Part shown: positions 62,126 to 64,000 of the stretch, one piece after another
Layout of the letters: each line of letters starts with the position of its first letter
Position numbering within the stretch: the stretch's first letter is position 1
Origin: Octopus sinensis
Lineage: Eukaryota
Length of the DNA: 64,000 bases
Direction: 5' to 3'
Assembly: GCF_006345805.1 (NCBI RefSeq)
Contig: NC_043006.1
Location: 28,334,001 to 28,398,000 of the forward strand
The notes under the pieces: generated by a model
Databases searched by the model: none
Told to the model about the DNA's origin: nothing
What the model saw: the letters and a program-made list of their open reading frames with translations, nothing else
Position numbers and translations under genes: made by a program

Positions 62126-62550
62126 GGATCTTTTCGGTTTGAACGGCAGTTTTTTCTAGCGGTGTCATATGAAACTGTCACCCATAATTATGACCCTAGT
62201 ATCGATCTATTGCATTTCAATCTGTTTTAGGGTTAGGGTTAGGGTTAGGGTTAGGGGTGGGGGAAGGGTATTTTTTTTTCTTCACAAATGTAAATAAACC
62301 CAATCTGTTTCTTAAACGAGGGACATATCCATACGGCACAGAATGTTTTTCACCTTTTTTACACGTCAGTGATTGGTTGAAATTGCAGAAAAAGAAAAAA
62401 AACAACAAATATCTTACAAACTATAGAATTTTTCAATAAAGCCAAGAGAAAAAGATGTTTTATAAACACATTCTACCAGTATACAAAGTTTGAATTTTTT
62501 TAGTTACCTAGAAATTATGTTAAAAACTGCCGTTCAAACCGAAAAGATCC
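62126..62550. mobile_element. TTAGGG-bearing MITE, TSD gatatgtg
   Basis: Matching TIRs GGATCTTTTCGGTTTGAACGGCAGTTTTT and an exact 8-bp TSD. Confidence 0.92.
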
Positions 62551-63361
62551 GATATGTGTAATGATTATTGCAGCATTTCGTAGAGAAGGTATGTAGTTCC
62601 TCAGAAGATTACCAAATTGTGATGGTTATATGCACGTGTTGGCATCACCAAAATTACAACGATTAATATGTAGCAAATAAAACTTTCGGGGTCGATAAAA
62701 TAAGTACCAGTTGACCATTAGGTTCGGTGTAATCGACTTGCCCCCTCTCCCGAAATTGTTGGCCTTGTGCCAAAAATTTGAAACCAATATAGCAAATAAA
62801 TGAGAGGAAGAAAAATAACAATTATAATGTCCCTTTATTTTATTGTGACAAAGGAATATCTAACTTCGTTGAGTTGTTGTTATACACATTACTTGCAGTT
62901 CTGTCATCCATTCTGAAGGTAGTTAACTTAATCTGTGAATGACTGCTAGAAGATGGATGGAAAAAAGGAGAGGAAAAAAAGAGTAAGCGAGTCAACCTCT
63001 CCGTGTTGACAAGTAGAGAAGGTAAAAGTTATATAGTTGCTCTGAAGTGAGAGATATACAAATATGCTCTTCTAGCGAGGGGCCAAGTGGAAGATGTAGA
63101 ATCGATTTGGGGTTCTGTATTTATATTATTTCTAACTAAATTAGGTCAGGCTAAACAAAGAAATTTTTGTCTCTTATCTGCTTTGACCTAAGTTTCGCTC
63201 GAAAAGTTACGGGTTAACAGTTAACATTCATGAACGTCCTGCGGAAAAAGTTGAGATCAATAGGAAGAGAACTAGTAGAAAAATTTAGATGCGGTTTCAA
63301 ATCTTAGCTTAGAATTTTGGAAGCTATTTGTTACATATCAAATACCCAGCTTTAGAAGTAT

Positions 63362-63402
63362 ACTAGCATTATGACCCGTCGTTGCCGGGTCATAGTGCTA
63401 GT
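63362..63402. mobile_element. Helitron-type terminal palindrome ending in CTAG
   Basis: actagcattatgacccgtcgttgccgggtcatagtgctagt is the same motif as 23337-23374. Confidence 0.65.
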
Positions 63403-64000
63403 GCATGTATATATATGTGTACATATTACATGTACATCTACATATATATATACATCTACACATAAAATACAAAATACAAAGTTATATCTTGATATCGCTA
63501 GTGATAACAATACTCAAAATATATAGCAGACTGGAATTGTAAGCCCGTCTCTTGCAATTTCGATTAATTGTATCTTGTCCTCCCTCTTGTATAGAAATGT
63601 GGCTACAATCCAGCCTACCTCTACTGCTGGGGAGGGGGACATTTTTAATTTTTATCCGGGACGTCCTACGTCCCAGATATAAAGGTAATAATAAAATATT
63701 TCCACTTTGCAAGTTCGAGTCGAGTACTCCGTTGACTCGAACATTGCTTCTATTGTGGCGAATTTACCGCCTCTGGTTAGATATCTTTCATAGTCGCACC
63801 AAGACACTTTTCGATGGTGCTTTCCTCCAGGTGTTCAAATCTTTTTCTCTACATTGTATACTTTATAGACAATAGTCTTTACTTTAATTTAATTTTTTTA
63901 TTATCCATCTGGACTATTCCATTTCTGCATGCTAATTTTATTTTTAATTTATTCCCATTCATGTGAAACCACTTACTCAAGTTCAAGTCATTGATGCAAT

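Overview
Very AT-rich, microsatellite-dense eukaryotic DNA. The repeat repertoire and style suggest a coleoid cephalopod (Octopus-like); this is inference. One host gene is recognisable: YJU2B/CCDC130 on the minus strand. Six coding exons with canonical GT-AG junctions are resolved (14304-14437, 12167-12341, 10963-11047, 7674-7846, 6994-7132, 3246-3712), plus a tentative ATG-only first coding segment at 18790-18792, giving about 391 aa. The gene body is visibly CpG-depleted; CpG returns from about 18 kb. From about 19 kb to 64 kb I see no host exons, only a nested transposon graveyard. It holds tRNA-derived SINEs, RTE, CR1-like and R4/Dong-like LINE pieces, a Penelope-like element (RT plus GIY-YIG) between inverted pLTRs, three mariner relics, one Tc1 relic and a FLYWCH-MULE relic. 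It also holds Helitron pieces, GG-ended MITEs with 8-bp TSDs (three short copies carry TTAGGG repeats) and an unclassified LTR-like repeat. The most notable signal is a set of minimal type I hammerhead-ribozyme motifs with palindromic helix III from at least four unrelated repeat families (33958-34020, 35666-35710/38308-38352, 44521-44579, 46118-46245, 59803-59892). Also notable are two divergent RTE LINEs whose ORF ends in three C2H2 fingers. Most short ORFs in the supplied track are microsatellite artefacts.
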